From the human T2T-CHM13v2.0 reference genome, Homo sapiens, in the NCBI RefSeq assembly GCF_009914755.1, contig NC_060926.1: a stretch of 64,000 bases of DNA; one strand, given 5' to 3'. The translations under genes were made by a program, and so were the position numbers. Position 1 is the stretch's first letter, and every line of letters begins with the position of its first letter. This document shows positions 36,434 through 51,152 of the stretch, in pieces. The notes under the pieces were generated by a model. The model did not search any database, was not told the DNA's origin, and saw only the letters and a program-made list of their open reading frames with translations.

Positions 36434-39400
36434 CTACTCAGCTAACAGAGTTGAACCTTCATTTGAGAGAGCAGTTTTGAAACACTCGTTTTGTGGAATC
36501 TGCAAGTGGATATTTGTCTAGCTTTGAGGATTTCGTTGGAAACGGGATTACATATAAAAAGCAGACAGCAGCATTCCCAGAAACTTCTTTGTGATGTTTG
36601 CATTCAAGTCACAGAGTTGAACATTCCCTTTCATAGAGCAGGTTTGAAACACTCTTTTTGTAGTATCTGGATGTGGACATTTGCAGCGCTTTCAGGCATA
36701 AGGTGAAAAAGGAAATATCTTCCCCTGAAAACTAGACAGAAGCATTCTCAGAAACTTATTTGTGATGTGCGCCCTCAACTAACAGTGTTGAGGCTTTCTT
36801 TTGATAGAGCAGTTTTGAAACACTCTTTTTGTAATATCTGCAAGAGGATATTTGGATAGCTTTGAGGATTTCGTTGGAAACGGGATTGTCTTCATATAAA
36901 CTCCAGACAGAAGCATTCCCAGAAGCTTCATTGGGATGTTTCAATTGAAGTCACAGTGTTGAACAGTTCCTTTCATAGAACAGGTTTGAAACACTCTTTT
37001 TGTAGTATCTGGAAGTGGACATTTGGAGCGCTCTCAGGACTATGGTGAAAAAGGAAATATCTTCCAATAAAAGCTACATAGAAGCAATGTCAGAAACTTT
37101 TTCATGATGTATCTACTCAGCTAACAGAGTTGCACCTTTCCTTTGAGAGAGCAGTTTTGAAACACTCTTTTTGTGGAATCTGCAAGTGGATATTTGTCGA
37201 GCTTTGAGGATTTCGTTGGAAACGGGATTACATATAAAAAGCAGACAGCAGCATTCCCAGTAACTTCTTTGTGATGTTTGCATTCAAGTCACAGAGTTGA
37301 ACATTCCCTTTCATAGAGCAGGTTTGAAACACTCTTTTTGTAGTATCTGGATGTGGACATTTGGAGCGCTTTCAGGCCTATGGTGAAAAAGGAAATATCT
37401 TCCCCTGAAAACTAGACAGAAGCATTCTCAGAAACTTATTTGTGATGTGCGCCCTCAACTAACAGTGTTGAACCTTTCTTTTGATAGAGCAGTTTTGAAA
37501 CACTCTTTTTGTAATATCTGCAAGAGGATATTTGGATAGCTTTGAGGATTTCGTTGGAAACGGGATTACATATAAAAAGCAGACAGCAGCATTCCCAGAA
37601 TCTTGTTTGTGATGTTTGCATTCAAGTCACAGAGTTGAACATTCCCTTTCAGAGAGCAGGTTTGAAACACTCTTTTTATAGTATCTGGATGTGGACATTT
37701 GGAGCGCTTTCAGGCCTATGGTGAAAAAGGAAATATCTTCTCCTGTAAACTAGACAGAAGCATTCTCAGAATCTTATTTGTGATGTGCGCCCTCAACTAA
37801 CAGTGTTGAAGGTTTCTTTTGATAGAGCAGTTTTGAAACACTCTTTTCGTAAAATCTGCAAGAGGATATTTTGATAGCTTTGAGGATTTCGTTGGGAACG
37901 GGATTGTCTTCATATAAACTCTAGACAGAAGCATTCTCAGAAGCTTCATTGGGATGTTTCAATTGAAGTCACAGTGTTGAACAGTCCCTTTCATAGAGCA
38001 GGTTTGAAACACTCTTTTTGTAGTATCTGGAAGTGGACATTTGGAGAGATCTCAGGAATACGGTGATAAAGGAAATATCTTCCAATAAAAGCTAGATAGA
38101 AGCAATGTCAGAAACTTTTTCATGATGTATCTACTCAGCTAACAGAGTTGAACCTTTCTTTTGAGAGAGCAGTTTTGAAACACTCTTTTTGTGGAATCTG
38201 CAAGTGGATATTTGTCTAGCTTTGAGGATTTCATTGGAAACGGGATTACATTTAAAAAGCAGACAGCAGCATTCCCAGTAACTTCTTTGTGATGTTTGCA
38301 TTCAAGTCACAGAGTTGAACATTCCCTTTCATAGAGCAGGTTTGAAACACTTTTTTTGTAGTATCTGGATGTGGACATTTGGAGCGCTTTCAGGCCTATG
38401 GTGAAAAAGGAAATATCTTCCAATAAAAGCTACATAGAAGCAATGTCAGAAACTTTTTCATGATATATCTACTCAACTAACAGAGTTGAACCTTTCTTTT
38501 GAGAAAGCAGTTTTGAAACACTCTTTTTGTGGAATCTGGAAGTGGATATTTGTCTAGCTTTGAGGATTTCGTTGGAAACGGGATTACATATAAAAAGCAG
38601 ACAGCAGCATTCCCAGTAACTTCTTTGTGATGTTTGCATTCAAGTCACAGAGTTGAACATTCCCTTTCATAGAGCAGGTTTAAAACACTCTTTTTGTAGT
38701 ATCTGGATGTGGACATTTGGAGCGCTTTCAGGCCTATGGTGAAAAAGGAAATATCTTCCCCAGAAAACTAGACAGAAGCATTCTCAGAATCTTATTTGTG
38801 ATGTGCGCCCTCAACTAACAGTGTTGAAGCTTTCTTTTGATAGAGCAGTTTTGAAACACACTTTTCGTAAAATCTGCAAGAGGATATTTTGATAGCTTTG
38901 AGGATTTCGTTGGAAACGGGATTGTCTTCATATAAACTCTAGACAGAAGCATTCTCAGAAGCTTCATTGGGATGTTTCAATTGAAGTCACAGTGTTGAAC
39001 AGTCCCTTTCATAGAGCAGGTTTGAAACACTCTTTTTGTAGTATCTGGAAGTGGACATTTGGAGAGATCTCAGGAATACGGTGATAAAGGAAATATCTTC
39101 CAATAAAAGCTAGATAGAAGCAATGTCAGAAACTTTTTCATGATGTATCTACTCAGCTAACAGAGTTGAACCTTTCTTTTGAGAGAGCAGTTTTGAAACA
39201 CTCTTTTTGTGGAATCTGCAAGTGGATATTTGTCTAGCTTTGAGGATTTCGTTGGAAACGGGATTACATATAAAAAGCAGACAGCAGCATTCCCAGAAAC
39301 TTCTTTGTGATGTTTGCATTCAAGTCACAGAGTTGAACATTCCCTTTCATAGAGCAGGTTTGAAACACTCTTTTTGTAGTATCTGGATGTGGACATTTGG

Positions 39401-42400
39401 AGCGCTTTCAGGCCTATGGTGAAAAAGGAAATATCTTCCCCTGAAAACTAGACAGAAGCATTCTCAGAAACTTATTTGTGATGTGCGCCCTGAACTAACA
39501 GTGTTGAAGCTTTCTTTTGATAGAGCAGTTTTGAAACACTCTTTTTGTAATATCTGCAAGAGGATATTTGGATAGCTTTGAGGATTTCGTTGGAAACGGG
39601 ATTGTCTTCATATAAACTCTAGACAGAAGCATTCTGAGAAGCTTCATTGGGATGTTTCAATTGAAGTCACAGTGTTGAACAGTTCCTTTCATAGAACAGG
39701 TTTGAAACACTCTTTTTGTAGTATCTGGAAGTGGACATTTGGAGCGCTCTCAGGACTGCGGTGAAAAAGGAAATATCTTCCAATAAAAGCTACATAGAAG
39801 CAATGTCAGAAACTTTTTCATGATGTATCTACTCAGCTAACAGAGTTGAACCTTTCCTTTCAGAGAGCAGTTTTGAAACACTCTTTTTGTGGAATCTGCA
39901 AGTGGATATTTGTCTAGCTTTGAGGATTTCGTTGGAAACGGGATTACATATAAAAAGCAGACAGCAGCATTCCCAGAAACTTCTTTGTGATGTTTGCATT
40001 CACGTCACAGAGTTGAACATTCCCTTTCATAGAGCAGGTTTGAAACACTCTTTTTGTAGTATCTGGATGTGGACATTTGGAGCGCTTTCAGGCCTATGGT
40101 GAAAAAGGAAATATCTTCCAATAAAAGCTACATAGAAGCAATGTCAGAAACTTTTTCATGATGTATCTACTCAGCTAACAGAGTTGAACCTTTCTTTTGA
40201 GAGAGCAGTTTTGAAACACTCTTTTTGTGGAATCTGGAAGTGGATATTTGTCTAGCTTTGAGGATTTCGTTGGAAACGGGATTACATATAAAAAGCAGAC
40301 AGCAGCATTCCCAGTAACTTCTTTGTGATGTTTGCATTCAAGTCACAGAGTTGAACATTCCCTTTCATAGAGCAGGTTTGAAACACTCTTTTTGTAGTAT
40401 CTGGATGTGGACATTTGGAGCGCTTTCAGGCCTATGGTGAAAAAGGAAATATCTTCCCCAGAAAACTAGACAGAAGCATTCTCAGAATCTTATTTGTGAT
40501 GTGCGCCCTCAACTAACAGTGTTGAAGCTTTCTTTTGATAGAGCAGTTTTGAAACCCTCTTTTCGTAAAATCTGCAAGAGGATATTTTGATAGCTTTGAG
40601 GATTTCGTTGGAAACGGGATTGTCTTCATATAAACTCTAGACAGAAGCATTCTCAGAAGCTTCATTGGGATGTTTCAATTAAAGTCACAGTGTTGAACAG
40701 TCCCTTTCATAGAGCAGGTTAGAAACACTCTTTTTGTAGTATCTGGAAGTGGACATTTGGAGCGCTCTCAGGACTGCGGTGAAAAAGGAAATATCTTCCA
40801 ATAAAAGCTAGATAGAAGCAATGTCAGAAACTTTTTCATGATGTATCTACTCAGCTAACAGAGTTGAACCTTCCTTTGAGAGAGCAGTTTTGAAACACTC
40901 TTTTTGTGGAATCTGCAAGTGGATATTTGTCTAGCTTTGAGGATTTCGATGGAAACGGGTTACATATAAAAAGCAGACAGCAGCATTCCCAGAAACTTCT
41001 TTGTGTTGTTTGCATTCAAGTCACAGAGTTGAACATTCCCTTTCATAGAGCAGGTTTGAAACACTCTTTTTGTAGTATCTGGATGTGGACATTTGCAGCG
41101 CTTTCAGGCCTAAGGTGAAAAAGGAAATATCTTCCCCTGAAAACTAGACAGAAGCATTCTCAGAAACTTATTTGTGATGTGCGCCCTCAACTAACAGTGT
41201 TGAAGCTTTCTTTTGATAGAGCAGTTTTGAAACACTCTTTTTGTAAAATCTGCAAGAGGATATTTGGATAGCTTTGAGGATTTCGTTGGAAACGGGATTG
41301 TCTTCATATAAACTCTAGACAGAAGCATTCTCAGAAGCTTCATTGGGATGTTTCAATTGAAGTCACAGTGTTGAACATTCCCTTTCATAGAGCAGGTTTG
41401 AAACACTCTTTTTGTAGTATCTGGAAGTGGACATTAGGAACGCTCTCAGGACTGCGTTGAAAAAGGAAATATCTTCCAATAAAAGCTAGATAGAAGCAAT
41501 GTCAGAAAGTTTTTCATGATGTATCTACTCAGCTAACAGAGTTGAACCTTCTTTTGAGAGAGCAGTTTTGAAACACTCGTTTTGTGGAATCTGCAAGTGG
41601 ATATTTTTCTAGCTTTGAGGATTTCGTTGGAAACGGGATTACATATAAAAAGCAGACAGCAGCATTCCCAGAAACTTCTTTGTGATGTTTGCATTCAAGT
41701 CACAGAGTTGAACATTCCCTTTCATAGAGCAGGTTTGAAACACTCTTTTTGTAGTATCTGGATGTGGACATTTGCAGCGCTTTCAGGCATAAGGTGAAAA
41801 AGGAAATATCTTCCCCTGAAAACTAGACAGAAGCATTCTCAGAAACTTATTTGTGATGTGCGCCCTCAACTAACAGTGTTGAAGCTTTCTTTTGATAGAG
41901 CAGTTTTGAAACACTCTTTTTGTAATATCTGCAAGAGGATATTTGGATAGCTTTGAGGATTTCGTTGGAAACGGGATTGTCTTCATATAAACTCTAGACA
42001 GAAGCATTCCCAGAAGCTTCATTGGGATGTTTCAATTGAAGTCACAGTGTTGAACAGTTCCTTTCATAGAACAGGTTTGAAACACTCTTTTTGTAGTATC
42101 TGGAAGTGGACATTTGGAGCGCTCTCAGGACTGCGGTGAAAAAGGAAATATCTTCCAATAAAAGCTACATAGAAGCAATGTCAGGAACTTTTTCATGATG
42201 TATCTACTCAGCTAACAGAGTTGAACCTTCCTTTGAGAGAGCAGTTTTGAAACACTCTTTTTGTGGAATCTGCAAGTGGATATTTGTCTAGCTTTGAGGA
42301 TTTCGTTGGAAACGGGTTACATATAAAAAGCAGACAGCAGCATTCCCAGAAACTTCTTTGTGTTGTTTGCATTCAAGTCACAGAGTTGAACATTCCCTTT

Positions 42401-45400
42401 CATAGAGCAGGTTTGAAACACTCTTTTTGTAGTATCTGGATGTGGACATTTGCAGCGCTTTCAGGCCTAAGGTGAAAAAGGAAATATCTTCCCCTGAAAA
42501 CTAGACAGAAGCATTCTCAGAAACTTATTTGTGATGTGCGCCCTCAACTAACAGTGTTGAAGCTTTCTTTTGATAGAGCAGTTTTGAAACACTCTTTTTG
42601 TAATATCTGCAAGAGGATATTTGGATAGCTTTGAGGATTTCGTTGGAAACGGGATTAATTATAAAAAGCAGACAGCATCATTCCCAGAATCTTGTTTGTG
42701 ATGTTTGCATTCAAGTAACAGATTTGAACATTCCCTTTCAGAGAGCAGGTTTGAAACACTCTTTTTATAGTATCTGGATGTGGACATTTGGAGCGCTTTC
42801 AGGCCTATGGTGAAAAAGGAAATATCTTCTCCTGAAAACTAGACAGAAGCATTCTCAGAATCTTATTTGTGATGTGCGCCCTCAACTAACAGTGTTGAAG
42901 CTTTCTTTTGATAGAGCAGTTTTGAAACACTCTTTTCGTAAAATCTGCAAGAGGATATTTGGATAGCTTTGAGGATTTCGTTGGAAACGGGATTGTCTTC
43001 ATATAAACTCTAGACAGAAGCATTCTCAGAAGCTTCATTGGGATGTTTCAATTGAAGTCACAGTGTTGAACAGTCCCTTTCATAGAGCAGGTTTGAAACA
43101 CTCTTTTTGTAGTATCTGGAAGTGGACATTTGGAACGCTCTCAGGACTGCGTTGAAAAAGGAAATATCTTCCAATAAAAGCTAGATAGAAGCAATGTCAG
43201 AAACTTTTTCATGATGTATCTACTCAGCTAACAGAGTTGAACCTTCCTTTGAGAGAGCAGTTTTGAAACACTCTTTTTGTGGAATCTGCAAGTGGATATT
43301 TGTCTAGCTTTGAGGATTTCGTTGGAAACGGGATTACATATAAAAAGCAGACAGCAGCATTCCCAGAAACTTCTTTGTGTTGTTTGCATTCAAGTCACAG
43401 AGTTGAACATTCCCTTTCATAGAGCAGGTTTGAAACACTCTTTTTGTAGTATCTGGATGTGGACATTTGCAGCGCTTTCAGGCCTAAGGTGAAAAAGGAA
43501 ATATCTTCCCCTGAAAACTAGACAGAAGCATTCTCAGAAACTTATTTGTGATGTGCGCCCTCAACTAACAGTGTTGAAGCTTTCTTTTGATAGAGCAGTT
43601 TTGAAACACTCTTTTTGTAATATCTGCAAGAGGATATTTGGATAGCTTTGAGGAATTCGTTGGAAACGGGATTGTCTTCATATAAACTCTAGACAGAAGC
43701 ATTCTCAGAAGCTTCATTGGGATGTTTCAATTGAAGTTGCAGTGTTGAACAGTCCCTTTCATAGAGCAGGTTTGAAACACTCTTTTTGTAGTATCTGGAT
43801 GTGGACATTTGGAGCGCTTTCAGGCCTATGGTTTAAAAGGAAATATCTTCCCCTGAAAACTAGACAGAAGCATTCTCAGAAACTTATTTGTGATGTGCGC
43901 CCTCAACTAAGAGTGTTGAAGCATTCTTTTGATAGAGCAGTTTTGAAACACTCTTTTTGTGGAATCTGCAAGTGGATATTTGTCTAGCTTTGAGGATTTC
44001 GTTGGAAACGGGATTACATATAAAAAGCAGACAGCAGCATTCCCAGAAACTTCTTTGTGATGTTTGCATTCACGTCACAGAGTTGAACATTCCCTTTCAT
44101 AGAGCAGGTTTGAAACACTCTTTTTGTAGTATCTGGATGTGGACATTTGGAGCGCTTTCAGGCCTATGGTGAAAAAGGAAATATCTTCCCCTGAAAACTA
44201 GACAGAAGCATTCTCAGAAACTTATTTGTGATGTGCGCCCTCAACTAACAGTGTTGAAGCTTTCTTTTGATAGAGCAGTTTTGAAACACTCTTTTTGTAA
44301 TATCTGCAAGAGGATATTTGTCTAGCTTTGAGGATTTCGTTGGAAACGGGATTACATATAAAAAGCAGACAGCAGCATTCCCAGAATCTTGTTTGTGATG
44401 TTTGCATTCAAGTCACAGAGTTGAACATTCCCTTTCAGAGAGCAGGTTTGAAACACTCTTTTTATAGTATCTGGATGTGGACATTTGGAGCGCTTTCAGG
44501 CCTATGGTGAAAAAGGAAATATCTTCTCCTGAAAACTAGACAGAAGCATTCTCAGAATCTTATTTGTGATGTGCGCCCTCAACTAACAGTGTTGAAGCTT
44601 TCTTTTGATAGAGCAGTTTTGAAACACTCTTTTCGTAAAATCTGCAAGAGGATATTTGGATAGCTTTGAGGATTTCGTTGGAAACGGGATTGTCTTCATA
44701 TAAACTCTAGACAGAAGCATTCTCAGAAGCTTCATTGGGATGTTTCAATTGAAGTCACAGTGTTGAACAGTCCCTTTCATAGAGCAGGTTTGAAACACTC
44801 TTTTTGTAGTATCTGGAAGTGGACATTTGGAACGCTCTCAGGACTGCGTTGAAAAAGGAAATATCTTCCAATAAAAGCTAGATAGAAGCAATGTCAGAAA
44901 CTTTTTCATGATGTATCTACTCAGCTAACAGAGTTGAACCTTCATTTGAGAGAGCAGTTTTGAAACACTCGTTTTGTGGAATCTGCAAGTGGATATTTGT
45001 CTAGCTTTGAGGATTTCGTTGGAAACGGGATTACATATAAAAAGCAGACAGCAGCATTCCCAGAAACTTCTTTGTGATGTTTGCATTCAAGTCACAGAGT
45101 TGAACATTCCCTTTCATAGAGCAGGTTTGAAACACTCTTTTTGTAGTATCTGGATGTGGACATTTGCAGCGCTTTCAGGCATAAGGTGAAAAAGGAAATA
45201 TCTTCCCCTGAAAACTAGACAGAAGCATTCTCAGAAACTTATTTGTGATGTGCGCCCTCAACTAACAGTGTTGAACCTTTCTTTTGATAGAGCAGTTTTG
45301 AAACACTCTTTTTGTAATATCTGCAAGAGGATATTTGGATAGCATTGAGGATTTCTTTGGAAACGGGATTGTCTTCATATAAACTCTAGACAGAAGCATT

Positions 45401-48400
45401 CTCAGAAGCTTCATTGGGATGTTTCAATTGAAGTCACAGTGTTGAACAGTCCCTTTCATAGAGCAGGTTTGAAACACTCTTTTTGTAGTATCTGGAAGTG
45501 GACATTTGGAGAGATCTCAGGAATACGGTGATAAAGGAAATATCTTCCAATAAAAGCTAGATAGAAGCAATGTCAGAAACTTTTTCATGATGTATCTACT
45601 CAGCTAACAGAGTTGAACCTTCCTTTGAGAGAGCAGTTTTGAAACACTCTTTTTGTGGAATCTGCAAGTGGATATTTGTCTAGCTTTGAGGATTTCGTTG
45701 GAAACGGGTTACATATAAAAAGCAGACAGCAGCATTCCCATAAACTTCTTTGTGTTGTTTGCATTCAAGTCACAGAGTTGAAGATTCCCTTTCATAGAGC
45801 AGGTTTGAAACACTCTTTTTGTAGTATCTGGATGTGGACATTTGCAGCGCTTTCAGGCCTAAGGTGAAAAAGGAAATATCTTCCCCTGAAAACTAGACAG
45901 AAGCATTCTCAGAAACTTATTTGTGATGTGCGCCCTCAACTAACAGTGTTGAAGCTTTCTTTTGATAGAGCAGTTTTGAAACACTCTTTTTGTAATATCT
46001 GCAAGAGGATATTTGGATAGCTTTGAGGATTTCGTTGGAAACGGGATTGTCTTCATATAAACTCTAGACAGAAGCATTCTCAGAAGCTTCATTGGGATGT
46101 TTCAATTGAAGTTACAGTGTTGAACAGTCCCTTTCATAGAGCAGGTTTGAAACACTCTTTTTGTAGTATCTGGATGTGGACATTTGGAGCGCTTTCAGGC
46201 CTATGGTTTAAAAGGAAATATCTTCCCCTGAAAACTAGACAGAAGCATTCTCAGAAACTTATTTGTGATGTGCGCCCTCAACTAACAGTGTTGAAGCATT
46301 CTTTTGATAGAGCAGTTTTGAAACACTCTTTTTGTGGAATCTGCAAGTGGATATTTGTCTAGCTTTGAGGATTTCGTTGGAAACGGGATTACATATAAAA
46401 AGCAGACAGCAGCATTCCCAGAAACTTCTTTGTGATGTTTGCATTCAAGTCACAGAGTTGAACATTCCCTTTTATAGAGCAGGTTTGAAACACTCTTTTT
46501 GTAGTATCTGGATGTGGACATTTGGAGCGCTTTCAGGCCTATGGTGAAAAAGGAAATATCTTCCCCTGAAAACTAGACAGAAGCATTCTCAGAAACTTAT
46601 TTGTGATGTGCGCCCTCAACTAACAGTGTTGAAGCTTTCTTTTGATAGAGCAGTTTTGAAACACTCTTTTTGTAATATCTGCAAGAGGATATTTGGATAG
46701 CTTTGAGGATTTCGTTGGAAACGGGATTAATTATAAAAAGCAGACAGCATCATTCCCAGAATCTTGTTTGTGATGTTTGCATTCAAGTCACAGAGTTGAA
46801 CATTCCCTTTCAGAGAGCAGGTTTGAAACACTCTTTTTATAGTATCTGGATGTGGACATTTGGAGCGCTTTCAGGCCTATGGTGAAAAAGGAAATATCTT
46901 CTCCTGAAAACTAGACAGAAGCTTTCTCAGAATCTTATTTGTGATGTGCGCCCTCAACTAACAGTGTTGAAGCTTTCTTTTGATAGAGCAGTTTTGAAAC
47001 ACTCTTTTTGTAAAATCTGCAAGAGGATATTTGGATAGCTTTGAGGATTTCGTTGGAAACGGGATTGTCTTCATATAAACTCTAGACAGAAGCATTCTCA
47101 GAAGCTTCATTGGGATGTTTCAATTGAAGTCACAGTGTTGAACAGTCCCTTTCATAGAGCAGGTTTGAAACACTCTTTTTGTAGTATCTGGAAGTGGACA
47201 TTTGGAGAGATCTCAGGAATACGGTGATAAAGGAAATATCTTCCAATAAAAGCTAGATAGAAGCAATGTCAGAAACTTTTTCATGATGTATCTACTCAGC
47301 TAACAGAGTTGAACCTTTCTTTTGAGAGAGCAGTTTTGAAACACTCTTTTTGTGGAATCTGCAAGTGGATATTTGTCTAGCTTTGAGGATTTCGTTGGAA
47401 ACGGGATTACATATAAAAAGCAGACAGCAGCATTCCCAGTAACTTCTTTGTGATGTTTGCATTCAAGTCACAGAGTTGAACATTCCCTTTCATAGAGCAG
47501 GTTTGAAACACTTTTTTTGTAGTATCTGGATGTGGACATTTGGAGCGCTTTCAGGCCTATGGTGAAAAAGGAAATATCTTCCCCAGAAAACTAGACAGAA
47601 GCATTCTCAGAATCTTATTTGTGATGTGCGCCCTCAACTAACAGTGTTGAAGCTTTCTTTTGATAGAGCAGTTTTGAAACACACTTTTCGTAAAATCTGC
47701 AAGAGGATATTTTGATAGCTTTGAGGATTTCGTTGGAAACGGGATTGTCTTCATATAAACTCTAGACAGAAGCATTCTCAGAAGCTTCATTGGGATGTTT
47801 CAATTAAAGTCACAGTGTTGAACAGTCCCTTTCATAGAGCAGGTTTGAAACACTCTTTTTGTAGTATCTGGAAGTGGACATTTGGAGCGCTCTCAGGACT
47901 GCGGTGAAAAAGGAAATATCTTCCAATAAAAGCTAGATAGAAGCAATGTCAGAAACTTTTTCATGATGTATCTACTCAGCTAACAGAGTTGAACCTTCCT
48001 TTGAGAGAGCAGTTTTGAAACACTCTTTTTGTGGAATCTGCAAGTGGATATTTGTCTAGCTTTGAGGATTTCGTTGGAAACGGGTTACATATAAAAAGCA
48101 GACAGCAGCATTCCCAGAAACTTCTTTGTGTTGTTTGCATTCAAGTCACAGAGTTGAACATTCCCTTTCATAGAGCAGGTTTGAAACACTCTTTTTGTAG
48201 TATCTGGATGTGGACATTTGCAGCGCTTTCAGGCCTAAGGTGAAAAAGGAAATATCTTCCCCTGAAAACTAGACAGAAGCATTCTCAGAAACTTATTTGT
48301 GATGTGCGCCCTCAACTAACAGTGTTGAAGCTTTCTTTTGATAGAGCAGTTTTGAAACACTCTTTTTGTAAAATCTGCAAGAGGATATTTGGATAGCTTT

Positions 48401-51152
48401 GAGGATTTCGTTGGAAACGGGATTGTCTTCATATAAACTCTAGACAGAAGCATTCTCAGAAGCTTCATTGGGATGTTTCAATTGAAGTCACAGTGTTGAA
48501 CAGTCCTTTCATAGAGCAGGTTTGAAACACTCTTTTTGTAGTATCTGGAAGTGGACATTTGGAACGCTCTCAGGACTGCGGTGAAAAAGGAAATATCTTC
48601 CAATAAAAGCTAGATAGAAGCAATGTCAGAAACTTTTTCATGATGTATCTACTCAGCTAACAGAGTTGAACCTTCATTTGAGAGAGCAGTTTTGAAACAC
48701 TCGTTTTGTGGAATCTGCAAGTGGATATTTGTCTAGCTTTGAGGATTTCGTTGGAAACGGGATTACATATAAAAAGCAGACAGCAGCATTCCCAGAAACT
48801 TCTTTGTGATGTTTGCATTCAAGTCACAGAGTTGAACATTCCCTTTCATAGAGCAGGTTTGAAACACTCTTTTTGTAGTATCTGGATGTGGACATTTGCA
48901 GCGCTTTCAGGCCAAAGGTGAAAAAGGAAATATCTTCCCCTGAAAACTAGACAGAAGCATTCTCAGAAACTTATTTGTGATGTGCGCCCTCAACTAACAG
49001 TGTTGAAGCTTTCTTTTGATAGAGCAGTTTTGAAACACTCTTTTTGTAATATCTGCAAGAGGATATTTGGATAGCTTTGAGGATTTCGTTGGAAACGGGA
49101 TTAATTATAAAAAGCAGACAGCAGCATTCCCAGAATCTTGTTTGTGATGTTTGCATTCAAGTCACAGAGTTGAACATTCCCTTTCAGAGAGCAGGTTTGA
49201 AACACTCTTTTTATAGTATCTGGATGTGGACATTTGGAGCGCTTTCAGGCCTATGGTGAAAAAGGAAATATCTTCTCCTGAAAACTAGACAGAAGCATTC
49301 TCAGAATCTTATTGGTGATGTGCGCCCTCAACTAACAGTGTTGAAGCTTTCTTTTGATAGAGCAGTTTTGAAACACTCTTTTCGTAAAATCTGCAAGAGG
49401 ATATTTGGATAGCTTTGAGGATTTCGTTGGAAACGGGATTGTCTTCATATAAACTCTAGACAGAAGCATTCTCAGAAGCGTCATTGGGATGTTTCAATTG
49501 AAGTCACAGTGTTGAACAGTCCCTTTCATAGAGCAGGTTTGAAACACTCTTTTTGTAGTATCTGGAAGTGGACATTAGGAACGCTCTCAGGACTGCGTTG
49601 AAAAAGGAAATATCTTCCAATAAAAGCTAGATAGAAGCAATGTCAGAAACTTTTTCATGATGTATCTACTCAGCTAACAGAGTTGAACCTTTCTTTTGAG
49701 AGAGCAGTTTTGAAACACTCTTTTTGTGGAATCTGCAAGTGGATATTTGTCTAGCTTTGAGGATTTCATTGGAAACGGGATTACATTTAAAAAGCAGACA
49801 GCAGCATTCCCAGTAACTTCTTTGTGATGTTTGCATTCAAGTCACAGAGTTGAACATTCCCTTTCATAGAGCAGGTTTGAAACACTTTTTTTGTAGTATC
49901 TGGATGTGGACATTTGGAGCGCTTTCAGGCCTATGGTGAAAAAGGAAATATCTTCCAATAAAAGCTACATAGAAGCAATGTCAGAAACTTTTTCATGATA
50001 TATCTACTCAACTAACAGAGTTGAACCTTTCTTTTGAGAAAGCAGTTTTGAAACACTCTTTTTGTGGAATCTGGAAGTGGATATTTGTCTAGCTTTGAGG
50101 ATTTCGTTGGAAACGGGATTACATATAAAAAGCAGACAGCAGCATTCCCAGTAACTTCTTTGTGATGTTTGCATTCAAGTCACAGAGTTGAACATTCCCT
50201 TTCATAGAGCAGGTTTGAAACACTCTTTTTGTAGTATCTGGATGTGGACATTTGGAGCGCTTTCAGGCCTATGGTGAAAAAGGAAATATCTTCCCCAGAA
50301 AACTAGACAGAAGCATTCTCAGAATCTTATTTGTGATGTGCGCCCTCAACTAACAGTGTTGAAGCTTTCTTTTGATAGAGCAGTTTTGAAACACACTTTT
50401 CGTAAAATCTGCAAGAGGATATTTTGATAGCTTTGAGGATTTCGTTGGAAACGGGATTGTCTTCATATAAACTCTAGACAGAAGCATTCTCAGAAGCTTC
50501 ATTGGGATGTTTCAATTGAAGTCACAGTGTTGAACAGTCCCTTTCATAGAGCAGGTTTGAAACACTCTTTTTGTAGTATCTGGAAGTGGACATTTGGAGA
50601 GATCTCAGGAATACGGTGATAAAGGAAATATCTTCCAATAAAAGCTAGATAGAAGCAATGTCAGAAACTTTTTCATGATGTATCTACTCAGCTAACAGAG
50701 TTGAACCTTTCTTTTGAGAGAGCAGTTTTGAAACACTCTTTTTGTGGAATCTGCAAGTGGATATTTGTCTAGCTTTGAGGATTTCGTTGGAAACGGGATT
50801 ACATATAAAAAGCAGACAGCAGCATTCCCAGAAACTTCTTTGTGATGTTTGCATTCAAGTCACAGAGTTGAACATTCCCTTTCATAGAGCAGGTTTGAAA
50901 CACTCTTTTTGTAGTATCTGGATGTGGACATTTGGAGCGCTTTCAGGCCTATGGTGAAAAAGGAAATATCTTCCCCTGAAAACTAGACAGAAGCATTCTC
51001 AGAAACTTATTTGTGATGTGCGCCCTCAACTAACAGTGTTGAAGCTTTCTTTTGATAGAGCAGTTTTGAAACACTCTTTTTGTAATATCTGCAAGAGGAT
51101 ATTTGGATAGCTTTGAGGATTTCGTTGGAAACGGGATTGTCTTCATATAAAC

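Larger units (their letters stand above)
17348..42630 (+). repeat. Super-repeat unit 2 (25283 bp): a truncated ~8.3 kb copy fused to a ~17 kb copy
   Basis: Constant offset of 25283 for markers 11473/36756, 13924/39207, 17348/42631 and 19045/44328. Internal repeat with offset 7296 (18459/25755). Confidence 0.8.
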
